A stretch of 62,960 nt of DNA, filler included, from Octopus bimaculoides (GCF_001194135.2; 4 parts of 4 records of this genome joined end to end with filler, not necessarily neighbours in it); one strand, 5' to 3'; counted from the whole stretch's first letter, positions 36,980 to 50,059 are shown. Notes: generated by a model not told the origin, from the letters alone. Program-made: numbers and translations.

Positions 36980-37410
36980 CTAGTGGAACGACATTCAACC
37001 CAACTGAATAAGTATGAATATACGCAATACACATGGCCTGTATGAACAGCGAAGGGCAAAACATTATCAATGCTGCAGAGATTTAGTTCCTTAGACAATT
37101 GATGAATGTCTCCTATACAGGTATAATGACAAACATTGGCAGTCCATAGATGAGGCACGATCACCAGAAATGGTGACAACAAAAAATTGCAGCAGGCTAA
37201 GATCATTGGACATGATATAAGAAGACAAAGCATTGTACATTTGGTGTCAAAAGATAACTGAAAGGAAAGGAAGCCGATGAATGCAAAAGAAAAAAAAAAG
37301 AAATTCGATGGCCTTCTTTGTTTGCTACAGACGGACTGAGCTTGTATAAGTTGTGCGGATGCCAGGATGAGGTGAAATATCAAGATCACCAACCGGATGG
37401 AACATGAAGA
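36980..37410 (+). mobile_element. Decayed RTE-type LINE 3' region
   Basis: YTWP..AAEI*FLRQ..NV...IMTN..QAKIIGHDIRRQ..HLV...GKRSR-like C-terminal RTE pattern with frameshifts. Confidence 0.55.
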
Positions 37411-37429
37411 GAAATAAAATATGAAGCTA

Positions 37430-37620
37430 CATGTGGATTGTTGGCGATTTTTCTCCTCCGTCTTCCTTTTCTTTTAGATTTTCCTCTGCCTCCTCTTTCT
37501 GAAGAAGAGCTTTGCTCGAAACGTAAAACACCCTTTCTTTCCTTTCCTGCAGGTACCACGTCCTCGCGTTGTTGTTTTTTCTTGAGTTTTTCGCCGTTAA
37601 AAATTTCTTTTTTGATTAAT
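37430..37620 (+). mobile_element. Penelope-like solo terminal repeat (pLTR)
   Basis: Pyrimidine-rich flank, ctgaagaagagctttgctcgaaacgtaaaac core, T-rich 3' part ending in a microsatellite. Confidence 0.6.
37493..37530 (+). ncRNA. Minimal type I hammerhead ribozyme (short stem III, dimer type)
   Basis: ttt-CTGAAGA-a-GAGC-ttt-GCTC-GAAA-CG-TA-aaa: complete core, perfect 4-bp stem II, palindromic ACGT in place of stem III, predicted cleavage after GUA (37523-37525), 3-bp stem I. Confidence 0.58.
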
Positions 37621-37669
37621 TACATATGTATGTATGTATGTCTATGTGTCTGTGCACACGTTTGAATGC

Positions 37670-37885
37670 AATGAAGGTTTACAAATATAACGGAGGCCTC
37701 AAAAGACATTTATGATACACAAAGATCAGAACTTGTCTGCAGTTCTTGGTGGTCCAAACCGGATATGTAATCTACGTGGGTGTCTTTTCAAAACATTGTC
37801 TGGTTTAGAAAGCCACATCAGATGCCATAATGGTTCTAAGGTGTAGGCACAGGGGGTGGTCAAACTCTGCATAAGGAGTAGACAT
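37670..37885 (+). mobile_element. RTE-like LINE 3' end with terminal zinc-finger-like motif and (TATG)n tail
   Basis: CNLRGCLFKTLSGLESHIRCHNGSKV*, short UTR, then (atgt)n. Confidence 0.6.
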
Positions 37886-37928
37886 GTATGTATGTATGTA
37901 TGTATGTATGTATGCGTGTATGCATGCA

Positions 37929-37965
<37 letters not shown>

Positions 37966-40484
37966 NNNNNNNNNNNNNNNNNNNNNNNNNNNNNNNNNNN
38001 NNNNNNNNNNNNNNNNNNNNNNNNNNNNNNNNNNNNNNNNNNNNNNNNNNNNNNNNNNNNNNNNNNNNNNNNNNNNNNNNNNNNNNNNNNNNNNNNNNNN
38101 NNNNNNNNNNNNNNNNNNNNNNNNNNNNNNNNNNNNNNNNNNNNNNNNNNNNNNNNNNNNNNNNNNNNNNNNNNNNNNNNNNNNNNNNNNNNNNNNNNNN
38201 NNNNNNNNNNNNNNNNNNNNNNNNNNNNNNNNNNNNNNNNNNNNNNNNNNNNNNNNNNNNNNNNNNNNNNNNNNNNNNNNNNNNNNNNNNNNNNNNNNNN
38301 NNNNNNNNNNNNNNNNNNNNNNNNNNNNNNNNNNNNNNNNNNNNNNNNNNNNNNNNNNNNNNNNNNNNNNNNNNNNNNNNNNNNNNNNNNNNNNNNNNNN
38401 NNNNNNNNNNNNNNNNNNNNNNNNNNNNNNNNNNNNNNNNNNNNNNNNNNNNNNNNNNNNNNNNNNNNNNNNNNNNNNNNNNNNNNNNNNNNNNNNNNNN
38501 NNNNNNNNNNNNNNNNNNNNNNNNNNNNNNNNNNNNNNNNNNNNNNNNNNNNNNNNNNNNNNNNNNNNNNNNNNNNNNNNNNNNNNNNNNNNNNNNNNNN
38601 NNNNNNNNNNNNNNNNNNNNNNNNNNNNNNNNNNNNNNNNNNNNNNNNNNNNNNNNNNNNNNNNNNNNNNNNNNNNNNNNNNNNNNNNNNNNNNNNNNNN
38701 NNNNNNNNNNNNNNNNNNNNNNNNNNNNNNNNNNNNNNNNNNNNNNNNNNNNNNNNNNNNNNNNNNNNNNNNNNNNNNNNNNNNNNNNNNNNNNNNNNNN
38801 NNNNNNNNNNNNNNNNNNNNNNNNNNNNNNNNNNNNNNNNNNNNNNNNNNNNNNNNNNNNNNNNNNNNTCAAATGAAAGAAGCTAACTAGTGTCATTCTG
38901 ATTTGATGATTAATATATTTGTTAACAAACGCTATTCTCATTTGATATAATTTTTTTAATAATTTTCGAGAGATCCCAAAAAGAATTTGATTCATTTTCT
39001 TCCCGCACCCTTTATTTCTCTCCAGCAATTATCAATATTAAAAAGAAAAAAAAAAGAAAAGAAAAAAGTAATTTACTATATTTATGATGACTAGAAATTG
39101 ACAAATTATTCAGATCATTAGTAACACAGCAAGACGACATACTTAAAAATAGAATTTTCATTATTGCTGTTATGTGAATATAATGTTATTACCAGTGAAA
39201 CTATGCTATATGAAATATTTTTTTCGTTGTAATTCCTACTGCTTCAGCAGCCAGGAAATACGGTTGCCACCAGCAATATGGTTGGCTAAGGATAACTATA
39301 TATTTGTGAAAAATGCACATTATGTCCATAATTAATTGAACTCTATTTTAGTACAGTTTACTAAAACATAAAATAGTATTTTAGATTTGCCGATCTTATT
39401 TATTTCCATATTTGTTTTTCTTTTACGATATATATATATATATATATATATATTCTTTTTTTCCAGTTTGTACTTGAAGACTTAGATTTTGAGTTAAATT
39501 GAAAAGTAAAAATATCTCTACAAATAATTATTTTAGCAAAATTGGTTTCGACAGCTTTTAAAGGCTACTGGTATATAGTTAATATACACTCAGTAGCCAG
39601 TCGATTTGATGCATATATACATTACATACGTGCGTACATACATATATATATATATGTGTGTGTGTGTATATATGTGTATNNNNNNNNNNNNNNNNNNNNN
39701 NNNNNNNNNNNNNNNNNNNNNNNNNNNNNNNNNNNNNNNNNNNNNNNNNNNNNNNNNNNNNNNNNNNNNNNNNNNNNNNNNNNNNNNNNNNNNNNNNNNN
39801 NNNNNNNNNNNNNNNNNNNNNNNNNNNNNNNNNNNNNNNNNNNNNNNNNNNNNNNNNNNNNNNNNNNNNNNNNNNNNNNNNNNNNNNNNNNNNNNNNNNN
39901 NNNNNNNNNNNNNNNNNNNNNNNNNNNTATATATATATATATATATATATAAACACATGCACACACACGTATATGTATATGTTGGTAATTAAATTAAAGT
40001 TATATACATTTATTACAGAAATGCGATCATTTGACAGTCCTTTGAGCGTCGGAAAGAATGTCATGCAATATTCGTTCTCTTTCTCTAAGCTCTAAGATCA
40101 AATCTTGCTCAAGTCAATAGTATCTTTCATTATATCGGAGTCGATAAATGAAATGCCAGTTTAATATTGAGGGCCAGTTCTTCTCGCTCTCTTTGAATGA
40201 CTTTGGATTTTACCTGTAATTCAAAGGTAGTGCTGATTAGACCGGGTAATTGTGAGATATCTGTGAAATACACAGCATTTTTATAAATTAGTTTGACGAG
40301 CAGGAATTCCAACAGGCTGTTTATCGTCGCAACTGATGCAGAACTCACCGTTACAGTCTTTAATAGCATATTAACATCTGCTGTGTTTCTATGGTGACTT
40401 GGAACAAATTAAAGTAAGTTTAAGAAAATATACTTAGCCTTATTTATAAACACATTTTCCATATTTATTTGAAATACAGTCATT

Positions 40485-40715
40485 CTAATTTAGGTACAAA
40501 GCCAGCGATTTTCGAGAGGAGGGATAATCGATTACATCGATCCTAGTGTCAAATTGATACTAATTTCGACTCCGAAGAATGAAAGGTAAATTCGACCTCG
40601 GTGGCATTTGAATTCAGAGCGTAAACTGCATAAAAATAAAATACCTGAAATCCTAAAATGTAACGCAAGACCGAATAGCGCCGGAAAATAACGAAATTGA
40701 GGAGGTGAAGTTATA
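40485..40715 (-). mobile_element. SINE family A copy (diverged)
   Basis: aatcgattacatcgatcctagtgtc..tcgactccgaagaatgaaaggtaaattcgacctcggtggcatttgaattcagagcg. Confidence 0.7.
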
Positions 40716-41440
40716 CACATTGAGACAGACACTGAATATGTTGCGCAAGGTATGAGTCGGGTGGCAGGCGTTTTCATTGATTAAAGAAGTGATCAAAGCA
40801 CAACTGGGTGCCTCCCTTTTCAGTAATAACCGTTCTATGTGCACTCGTGTGCGCATGTGACCGACTGACTACGACAAAATGGGTTATGGAAATAGATATG
40901 CAATGAAAGACAGAACTCGTTTCCTTCACACAGAGAACTGAATAAATAAATGTATTATTTTTGGAAAAGAATTACCGAAGTAAATCATCTGATTTCTTCA
41001 TAACACGTTACTCCAATCTTACACTTGGTTACAAAAAGATATAAGTAGGGATTGCAGTTCAAATATTCAATTAAAATTTAAGAATAAAGCCTAACAGAAA
41101 AAAACAAAGCAAAACAGAAACACACGCACACGCGCAAATTAATTTTCATAATATAAGTAGACATGAATTTCTGATGGATCCGGTACACATGTTTTATATT
41201 TTGGGGGAAAATTGATAGAAAAACTGCAGAATTAGTTCCTTTCCGAACGTACGAGTATCACATTGTTATTAATGAAGCCTAGCAAGTAGCTTTATTCTCG
41301 ACTACGACCCCCCATCGACGACATACATATAAAAATACACTGGAGGGTATGTGTGTAATTAGTATGCGAATGCTTACGTGCGTTTATATGAATATTATTA
41401 TGGAGATGTATGTATGTATGTATCTATATATATATATATA

Positions 41441-41699
41441 TATTGGGCTGGTTCATAATTATTGCGGCTTTTTTTCAACAAATTTTATTCAATAAAAACA
41501 ATAACAACATGTAACAAAAACATCTTTAATGATTATTCCGCAGCATATCTACCATCTAATTTAATTACTGCTTCCTATTTGCTTGGCAGACGGTCTGACC
41601 GTCATTTAAAGATGTTTTTGTTAAAAATATTGTTATTGTTTTTGTTGAATAGTTTGTTGAAAAAAAAAAAAGCCGCAATAATTATGCACCAATGCAATA
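41441..41699. mobile_element. Mariner-derived MITE built from two inverted 3' ends
   Basis: TIR tattgggctggttcataattattgcggcttttttt / aaaaaaagccgcaataattatgcaccaatgcaata; arms stay complementary for ~90 bp; minus strand encodes mariner C-terminus DRLPSK*EAVIKLDGRYAAE*. Confidence 0.82.
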
Positions 41700-42279
41700 N
41701 NNNNNNNNNNNNNNNNNNNNNNNNNNNNNNNNNNNNNNNNNNNNNNNNNNNNNNNNNNNNNNNNNNNNNNNNNNNNNNNNNNNNNNNNNNNNNNNNNNNN
41801 NNNNNNNNNNNNNNNNNNNNNNNNNNNNNNNNNNNNNNNNNNNNNNNNNNNNNNNNNNNNNNNNNNNNNNNNNNNNNNNNNNNNNNNNNNNNNNNNNNNN
41901 NNNNNNNNNNNNNNNNNNNNNNNNNNNNNNNNNNNNNNNNNNNNNNNNNNNNNNNNNNNNNNNNNNNNNNNNNNNNNNNNNNNNNNNNNNNNNNNNNNNN
42001 NNNNNNNNNNNNNNNNNNNNNNNNNNNNNNNNNNNNNNNNNNNNNNNNNNNNNNNNNNNNNNNNNNNNNNNNNNNNNNNNNNNNNNNNNNNNNNNNNNNN
42101 NNNNNNNNNNNNNNNNNNNNNNNNNNNNNNNNNNNNNNNNNNNNNNNNNNNNNNNNNNNNNNNNNNNNNNNNNNNNNNNNNNNNNNNNNNNNNNNNNNNN
42201 NNNNNNNNNNNNNNNNNNNNNNNNNNNNNNNNNNNNNNNNNNNNNNNNNNNNNNNNNNNNNNNNNNNNNNNNNNNNNNN

Positions 42280-42325
<46 letters not shown>

Positions 42326-42343
42326 CTATATATATACATATAT

Positions 42344-42735
42344 AAGGCGAGGAGGTTGCAGAATCGTTAACACACCGGATAAAATGTGTAGACGTATTTT
42401 TCTACGTTCAAATTCCAGCGATGTTAACTTGGCCTTTCAGCCTTCGCGATCGATAACATAAGTACCATTTGAGCTTTGGGATAGATGTGACCCTATATCA
42501 CAAAATTTTAGGCCTATAGTAAAAAAAAAAAAATGTCATTAAATGCAGAGTTGGAAAAAGGTTCAGCGATATTTCCTCCGGTTTTACGTTTTGAATTCAA
42601 TTTCCGCCGAGGTCGGCATTGTCATTCATCCTTTCGGGGTCGATATAATAAGCGACATTTGAGCACAGGGGCCGATCTAATCGATTTTATCCCTCCTCCG
42701 AAATTTCAGCCCACATGCCAATTGTAGAAAGTAGA
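42344..42735 (+). mobile_element. Two tandem diverged SINE family A copies
   Basis: aaggcgaggaggttgcagaatcgttaac.. and ..ttgaattcaatttccgccgaggtcggc..catcctttcggggtcgatat. Confidence 0.72.
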
Positions 42736-43424
42736 AAGAATTACGAGAGTATATGTTTGTGTACTCATGCAAATGTCTACATGAATGTCTCTATGTGTGT
42801 ATTCTATGATGTTTACTATTTTAGTAGTTCACATCTTCAAAGAAACACTCCGCTGCGTTTATGTATTTAACACGTGACTTAAGATCGTTAACATACCTAA
42901 CTTTGTTTTTTAATTTTATAATAATATCTAAACCAATTTAAAAAGCATATTAGATTTGACGAACTTTAATATTATAATAGAAAAACGTTTGAAGCTTCCA
43001 GTAATCTATGATCAATACGACAAATAATATTGTGGGGAATTATATCATTTAGCGATCTTATTATTCAGCAATATTGGAGAGATGTGAAAACTCATCTTTC
43101 CAATATCCATTAAATTTATAACATTTAACTAAATTTCAACAATTTAATTAACGCTAAATTTAATTAGAGTAAATTCAGGAATTCCAAATACTTATTTCTG
43201 CATATAATTTGGCATGCATTTTAGCAATAATTCTAGACATTTCTTCAATTAAGTTTTTAAAATATGCAAAACACCTGAGCCCTATTTGCTGTGCCCGATT
43301 GTTAACAAAATATTAATATCGGTGATAATTAAGCACAGTAAATTGTTTAACTTTTCCAAAGAAGATTCCTCGATTGTAATTATCTCCATTTCTTTAGAAA
43401 AGAATTTTTCTAAGCAATATCTAT

Positions 43425-43700
43425 GGTAGCAGGTGCAAGCATGGCTGTTTGGCTAAGAAGATCGATTTGCAACAATATATGGTCTCAAGTTCAGTCCCAC
43501 ACCGTGGCACTTTGGGCAAGTGCCTTCTACTATATACCCGGACCTACAAGGCGGCAAGTTGTGTTCTTGAGCAAAGTACTTCATTCCACATTGTTCCAGT
43601 CGACTTGGCAGTAAATGAGTTCCAACAATGGCTGGGATGTTAACTCTGCGATGGATCGGAATCTCGTTTAGGAGAGAGTGTTCTAATCTCAGTCACTTCT
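43425..43700 (+). mobile_element. CORE-like tRNA-derived SINE (family B head, different tail)
   Basis: atggctgtttggctaagaag..agttcagtccc..ggcactttgggcaagtgccttctactat..ttgagcaaagtacttcattccac. Confidence 0.6.
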
Positions 43701-44984
43701 ACGTCATGGAAAACTGTTTAAGCTCTGGTCTTTTGCTTCCTAAGGGCCCACGACAGACCTAAGTATGTTAAAGTAAATATGAATTTCCCATATACGATGC
43801 AGGCAGTTAAATGTATACTATTTTAAAAACATGCTTCAGTTCAAAATACTTGATTTATAAAAATTTGTAGGTCGGATATGAGAACTTTTCAAGAGATATC
43901 CATTCAAAGATGTTTCTGTGAGAGGTTTACTGGTTTACTAACTGTTGAATACATCTGGAATTCATTGGGGGCAAAATTCTAATAATTGAAAATACAAATA
44001 TCACACATGTATAAAGTGTTACATATAAACGTTTCAAATAGGGATTTTCATAAAATAAAAAAACCCAGATAATCGATAGTGGTCTGGAGTATCTGTAACA
44101 ATTGTGAAAATAGTATGGTGCAAGGAAAAGAAATTATCCTTAATCAGAACAAAGAAAACTAGCTTTAGTTGTTGCTTTCAGTCACAACTATCTTATTTTA
44201 GAAGTATAGCCTTTAAAAATATTTCAATCACAAAACTCAATAGAAAATAGATACTAGATAAAAAATGTATCAGATGAATCGAGTTTTTGTCCTTTTAATG
44301 TTGATGGAAATAAATGTTATACGAGCTGTGATAACAAGATTGTTGTTGAAAAAGCATGAGCAATCATTTTAAGGGATAGTTTATTGGCAAATGATATAGT
44401 TTCATTTATATTTTAACCCATTGAAAAGAATTCTTTATTTTCGAAAACTAAATGCTTCAATCTCTGAAACCAATAATACAAATCTTGTTTAAAAAGAAAT
44501 TCACGACACAATAGTAACTCAATTTATTTTATAATCTAATACCATTTATTAAAACAATTCTGTCAAATCCAGAATGATTTGGAAGCTGTTTTAAAACTGT
44601 TATATCATTTCAACGAGTATGTACATGTTTCTGATAGCTCCAAACGTCAAAGCTGGCTATAAAACAAACACCATTATCAAGTATATGGGCATAGAATATT
44701 GCACAAGAAGGATAAAAAGATAATATATGCTAATAGTTTAATTAAAATGTGTTTTAAAAAAATGACAATTATTCTAAAAGCCGTGAGCAGCATCAATGTT
44801 TTTCAGGTTAATAGCAAATTTTAGAAATCCAGAAATAAGTATTAAACAAGATTTTTCTAGATTATGTAGAAAAAAAAAGCAAAATAACATGTAACATTTG
44901 AACTTACACATCCCACGCACATGCATGTACGCAGATATAAATCGATGTAAAAATGTGTAAGTGTTCGTAATATGAAGAATACGT

Positions 44985-45230
44985 ACACATACATACATAC
45001 ATACATACATACATAATACATACAGACATACATAATACATACATACATACATACATAGACACACATATACATACATACACACATGCATACATACACACAT
45101 ACATAGATACACATATACATACATACATACACATTCGTGCATGCATATATACATACATACATGCATACATACATACATACATACATACATACACACATAC
45201 ATACATACATACATACATACATACGTATGT
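44985..45230. repeat. Degenerate (TACA)n/(CA)n microsatellite
   Basis: Direct reading; source of the MYVC-repeat ORFs. Confidence 0.95.
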
Positions 45231-46259
45231 ATAGTTACCCGTACCTTAATGCAATAAGGTGTTCCCTGGTGTTCCTTTGGTGTTAAGTACCTAAACGTAT
45301 TTGGAACACCTATTCCAAACATACTAACATTCATAATTGTGAAACGTGCATAGGAACTGTAATATAAATTGTTTTCTTATTTCTCCTATACAAATTTATA
45401 TATACATACATACATACATATATATATATATAATCATAAATATATAGGGATTAGCAGAAACCTGCTTCTCCAACATACTGAGANNNNNNNNNNNNNNNNN
45501 NNNNNNNNNNNNNNNNNNNNNNNNNNNNNNNNNNNNNNNNNNNNNNNNNNNNNNNNNNNNNNNNNNNNNNNNNNNNNNNNNNNNNNNNNNNNNNNNNNNN
45601 NNNNNNNNNNNNNNNNNNNNNNNNNNNNNNNNNNNNNNNNNNNNNNNNNNNNNNNNNNNNNNNNNNNNNNNNNNNNNNNNNNNNNNNNNNNNNNNNNNNN
45701 NNNNNNNNNNNNNNNNNNNNNNNNNNNNNNNNNNNNNNNNNNNNNNNNNNNNNNNNNNNNNNNNNNNNNNNNNNNNNNNNNNNNNNNNNNNNNNNNNNNN
45801 NNNNNNNNNNNNNNNNNNNNNATATATATATATATATAATTGAGATTCAGTTGAATTAGGTACTTAAGTTGAAGCACCAAGTCGGTGCGGTATTATCCGT
45901 ACAATTCAAAGTAAGGTGAATAAAATCAAAATAAGCAACAGGATATCCAGAGGTGATGCTGTACAACCGTTTCAAGTGGCTCCATTTAATTGAACAATGC
46001 AATCATTACGTCAGTTTAAATGCAGCGCTATCCTCAGCTGCATAGATAAGTAGAATTTTTTAATCAGTTGGACACATAAATATAATTTTACTCAAATTCA
46101 CGCTGCTCCAGTCCCCCTTTCAATCAACGGAGAATATTGGCCTGCTTGCCTAGCGTCATTCGTAGGTTAAAATGATGCAGAGCGCATTGTGACCAACGAT
46201 GTGTAACAACATCTGATAATCTCGTCGGTCACGTGATCACAATGTCACGTAATACCACA

Positions 46260-46815
46260 GATTTTCTTTTCAGTTGTTTGACCTTAACTAGTTGAGCATG
46301 TCCCTTAATGGTTGACGAGACGTGCATCTCTGATCACAAGCAGAAGTAGTGGGGGAGCATCATAGCCATGTGTTGAGAGGAATTCTTTGGGGTTTGAATA
46401 ATTCACCTTTGGAAACATGAGTGTTTCGTTCAACATCCTCAAACAACTCTTATTGAGGCACCTTTTGAGCGGGATGGGCTACTCGACCTGAAGAAAATTT
46501 TAACTAGGCCCCACCTGCAAGGTCATGGACTGTTTATCTTGATATGACATCACCATATCATGCACATATGATTGTGATGCATGTGCCTAGTATACTCTTA
46601 TTAGACGTGTAGTCATGATGGGTATACTGGATTTCGTATATTTTANNNNNNNNNNACTGTTTATCTTGATATGACATCACCATATCACGCACATATGATT
46701 GTGATGCATGTGCCTAGTATATTCTTATTAGACGTGTAGTCATGATGGGTATACTGGATTTCGTATATTTTACCTCGGCGTCACTTTGATGGCATGCACT
46801 GCTCTCTCACTCAAT
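46260..46815. mobile_element. Unclassified interspersed repeat (related fragment at 22680-22830), split by a 10-N gap
   Basis: cagttgtttgaccttaac..gtgcatctctgatcac shared with 22760-22815. Confidence 0.5.
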
Positions 46816-46829
46816 AATAACAACAATAA

Positions 46830-47042
46830 TCCTTTCTACTGGCGGCACAAGGCCTGAAATTTGGTGGGAGGGGACTAGTCGATTATATCGACGTCAGTGT
46901 TTCACTGGTACTAAATTTATCGATCCTTAATAGATGAAAACCAAAGTCAACCTCGGTGAAATTTGAACGCAGAAAGTAGCAGCAGACATAATACTGCTAA
47001 GCATTTCGCCCGGCATACTAACGATTCTGCCAGCTCGAGACC

Positions 47043-47043
<1 letters not shown>
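46830..47043 (-). mobile_element. SINE family A copy, tail type 1
   Basis: aatcctttctactggcggcacaaggcctgaaatttg...aacgattctgccagctcgagacctt. Confidence 0.82.
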
Positions 47044-47044
<1 letters not shown>

Positions 47045-47109
<65 letters not shown>

Positions 47110-47125
47110 TAATAATGATAATAAT
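47045..47125. repeat. (AAT)n array
   Basis: Direct reading. Confidence 0.97.
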
Positions 47126-47929
47126 CTTATAACATGCTGATGCAGATCATTGAACATTTTGGCAAATTAATATTTCGTTTTGAAAAGATGGAGAGATAAT
47201 GATTCAGTTGTACTTTCAGAATACATTTATCTTTCGCTAATTAATATGTGTACATCTACATGAGATGTCATATTATTGCAAGCGGATGTTAATACAAGAT
47301 ATATTTTATCGTCCCTAAAGAGTAGTTACCGAAAAAAAAAAAAATAACAGATAATTAAGAGGGAGTTTACAAAAATGACAGGAAAATAGTCAAATGTAAA
47401 TAGTATTTCCGCTTCTACAAAGCACACCTATATATAATAAAGTAGCTATACCGTTCTATTTTGTTTCCTTAAGTACAAATTGCTTCAGAGAAAATCAATA
47501 TTGACTATGATTCAAGTCTATTACCCAAGATCCTGTATCTTCAATCTGAGTAATGTATGACGTTGGGTAATACAATAGTGAGATTATATTTCCTTAGCAT
47601 ATATTATATTTGTTCTGTTGGTTTTGAGTTGCCAACGTTACTTCTTCGCATTTTGTTTCCTATTAATTTATCGTAGATTCATACTTCATTTGGATTCTTC
47701 TATTAGTTTTTTTTTTTTTCATTTTTCCTCTTGAGAATTCAATACGTGCTATTAAATTCTTACATTCATTAATCAAACAAACATACGTTGATGGTGAATT
47801 AACGAAAAAAAAAAAAAAAAAAAAAAAAAGCAACTATCAACGGCTCATTTTGGTAATATTTATATACAAATACTGACACAAAATTAGAATAAAGCAAATA
47901 TTCATGCATCATAACAGTTGTAATCCTTT

Positions 47930-48470
47930 CCACTAATGGCACAAGGCCTGAAATCGACTGATTTTTAATTTATCGACTTCTGCGGAATTTAAACTCAGAA
48001 CGTAAAGACGGACGAAATGCCGCTAAGCACTTTCTTCGGCATGCTAACTATTCTCCTTTAGGCACAAATTTTGGGGGAGGAGGGCCAGTCAATTAGACCC
48101 ATCTCAGTACGCAACTAGTACTTAATTTATCAGTCTCGAAAGGATGAAATGCAAAACTTAGTTCCAGTCTCCTTTTTTCTCTTGAGACCTAGGATTCGTA
48201 AGGCCCGTTAACTGCTTACCACGGCGTATAAGTTACCGAAGCACAACATTTTTCTGCTGAACGGTAATTCTGTCAGTTGCAGTCTTGCAATTTTGATAGG
48301 AGAGTGCATGTCGGTTACATCGAAACCATTACTTAATTGGTATTCTATTTTATTTTATCGAAGATAAATTTGCTCTCGGGGCAGAATTTGAACTCAGGAT
48401 GTAAAAGGCCGAATGAAATGCCGCTAAGCACTTTGTCTGACATGCTAACTAGTCTGCCATCTCGCTGTCC
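47930..48470 (-). mobile_element. Cluster of rearranged SINE family A fragments
   Basis: At least three partial copies: ..gcggaatttaaactcagaacg, ..gaaaggatgaaatgc, ..cagaatttgaactcagg..gtctgccatctcgc. Confidence 0.7.
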
Positions 48471-48554
48471 CAAATAAATTATCAACATTTCTAAAAGTTT
48501 TTGTAAATCATATAAAATAACATAAACAGCGAAAGAAAATTTAACCATCTATAT

Positions 48555-48836
48555 CAGTGGTTACCAAAGTTTTTCAGGCTGCCGCCCCCTTGGCACCTGA
48601 GTCATATTCCTAGCACCTCCATCCCCCTAACTCACCATCACAAATATAGACCACTTTCTACAGCAAATTCATAACAACTGCATTCCACAAATAAAATTTA
48701 ACCTATTATATTGTTGTTTTTACATCCATCGCCCCCTTTTGGCCACCCCATTATCACTCCACTTTTCGTCAATCCCCGCCCCTGGATCTTTCCACCTCCC
48801 CCAAAGGGGCAGTACCCTCCACTTTGGGAACCACTG
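48555..48836. mobile_element. hAT (Charlie-like) MITE with intact TIRs and perfect 8-bp TSD
   Basis: TIR cagtggttaccaaagt / actttgggaaccactg (15/16 match); TSD atctatat at 48547-48554 and 48837-48844. Confidence 0.92.
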
Positions 48837-49099
48837 ATCTATATTAAGAAATTGAAGCAATACACGAAGATTTTAAACACAAACCCATTGTCAATAAACG
48901 CATCAGAAAAAATTACTCTATTTCAAATAACTGTTTTAGAATAATTCTCAGTAGAATCAAAACCTCAAAGATCTTCCGCAAAAAGCAACGCCCGAGAGTA
49001 TCTAAAATAGATGAGTAAACTTGGTAATGTAAATATAACTGCAAATAAAAGATATGAAAAAAATTACTGATAACTCTACATAGAAACTATTCCAAAAGT

Positions 49100-49375
49100 T
49101 CATCCATCCATCCATCTTTTCTGCCCACTGTTCCTGGGAGGGCAATGGGTGTAAAACCCCCAGGCACCTCTTCCATATGGCTCTATGGGAAGCAACTGCC
49201 ATTACACCGTCCAGTTCGATTCCCAAGCGTGACCAGCTGAAACTGCGGATATTATCCAGCCATTTCGTTCTTGGTTTAGCCCTAGGTCTCCTGCTGCTTG
49301 GCTCGGTTTGACGAATCTGTCATGCGATTCTTTCCTGTGACCTTTTGATTATATGTCCGTTGTACCGGAGTAAAC
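49100..49375 (-). mobile_element. RTE-like LINE 3' end with (GATG)n tail
   Basis: ..AKPRTKWLDNIRSFSWSRLGIELDGVMAVASHRAIWKRCL.. then gatggatggatg. Confidence 0.68.
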
Positions 49376-49714
49376 ATATGACCTCTCAATGCAGAGAAAT
49401 AGTCTTCCATAGTAAATACGTTCTGCAATCCACAATAGGGCAATTGGAAATAGAGAGGATTTAACGTCTCCATTGAAATAGTAAATCAATTGAATTACTC
49501 AGTTGCACTCGTAATATCAAACAGAAAAAACAAAAAAAAAAACAATTGTCATAGATGGTGAATGTCCTTGTAATAAAAACGACATTGAAAAACTGCTGAA
49601 AAGCAGTTACAAAAAGAAAAGAATAAAGTATTATATCAATTCTGAATGAAATAGGCAAGGAGAAAAATATTAATCAATGCATAATGAAACAGCCAAAGAA
49701 AACCAGAATATTCT

Positions 49715-49928
49715 TTTCTACTCTAGCCACAAGGCCCGAAATTTTGGCGGGAGGGGGTCAGTCGATTAGATCGACCCCAGTACGCAACTGGTACTTAATT
49801 TATCGACTCCGAAAGGATGAAAGGCAAAGTCGACCTCGGCAGAATTTGAACTCAGAACTTAAAGACAGACGAAATACCACTAAGCATTTCGCCCGAGGTG
49901 CTAACGCTTCTGCCAGCTCACCGCCTTA
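49715..49928 (-). mobile_element. SINE family A copy, well conserved, tail type 1
   Basis: ttctactctagccacaaggcccgaaatttt...gaaaggatgaaaggcaaagtcgacctcggcagaatttgaactcag...gcttctgccagctcaccgcctt. Confidence 0.88.
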
Positions 49929-50059
49929 TATAATACAGATATTACACATGTAATACGTAGATACTGTATCTATAATAAATATATATTACATATATAATGC
50001 CAAAACGCCTTGCAGACTGCAATAGTCAATAAAATAGAAATAAAATTCAAAGATTCATT

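Noticed and set aside
37805-39028. Long ORFs of 200-400 aa containing X runs (and similar ones at other gaps)
   Set aside because: Open only because they cross N gaps.
40130-40420. 79-aa minus ORF and a plus-strand AAA|gtaagt donor
   Set aside because: No compatible acceptor and open frame, and no homology recognised.
46529-46772. 117-bp direct duplication on both sides of a 10-N gap
   Set aside because: Two nearly identical copies (2 differences) meeting at a minimal gap are the usual sign of unmerged overlapping contigs or haplotypes.
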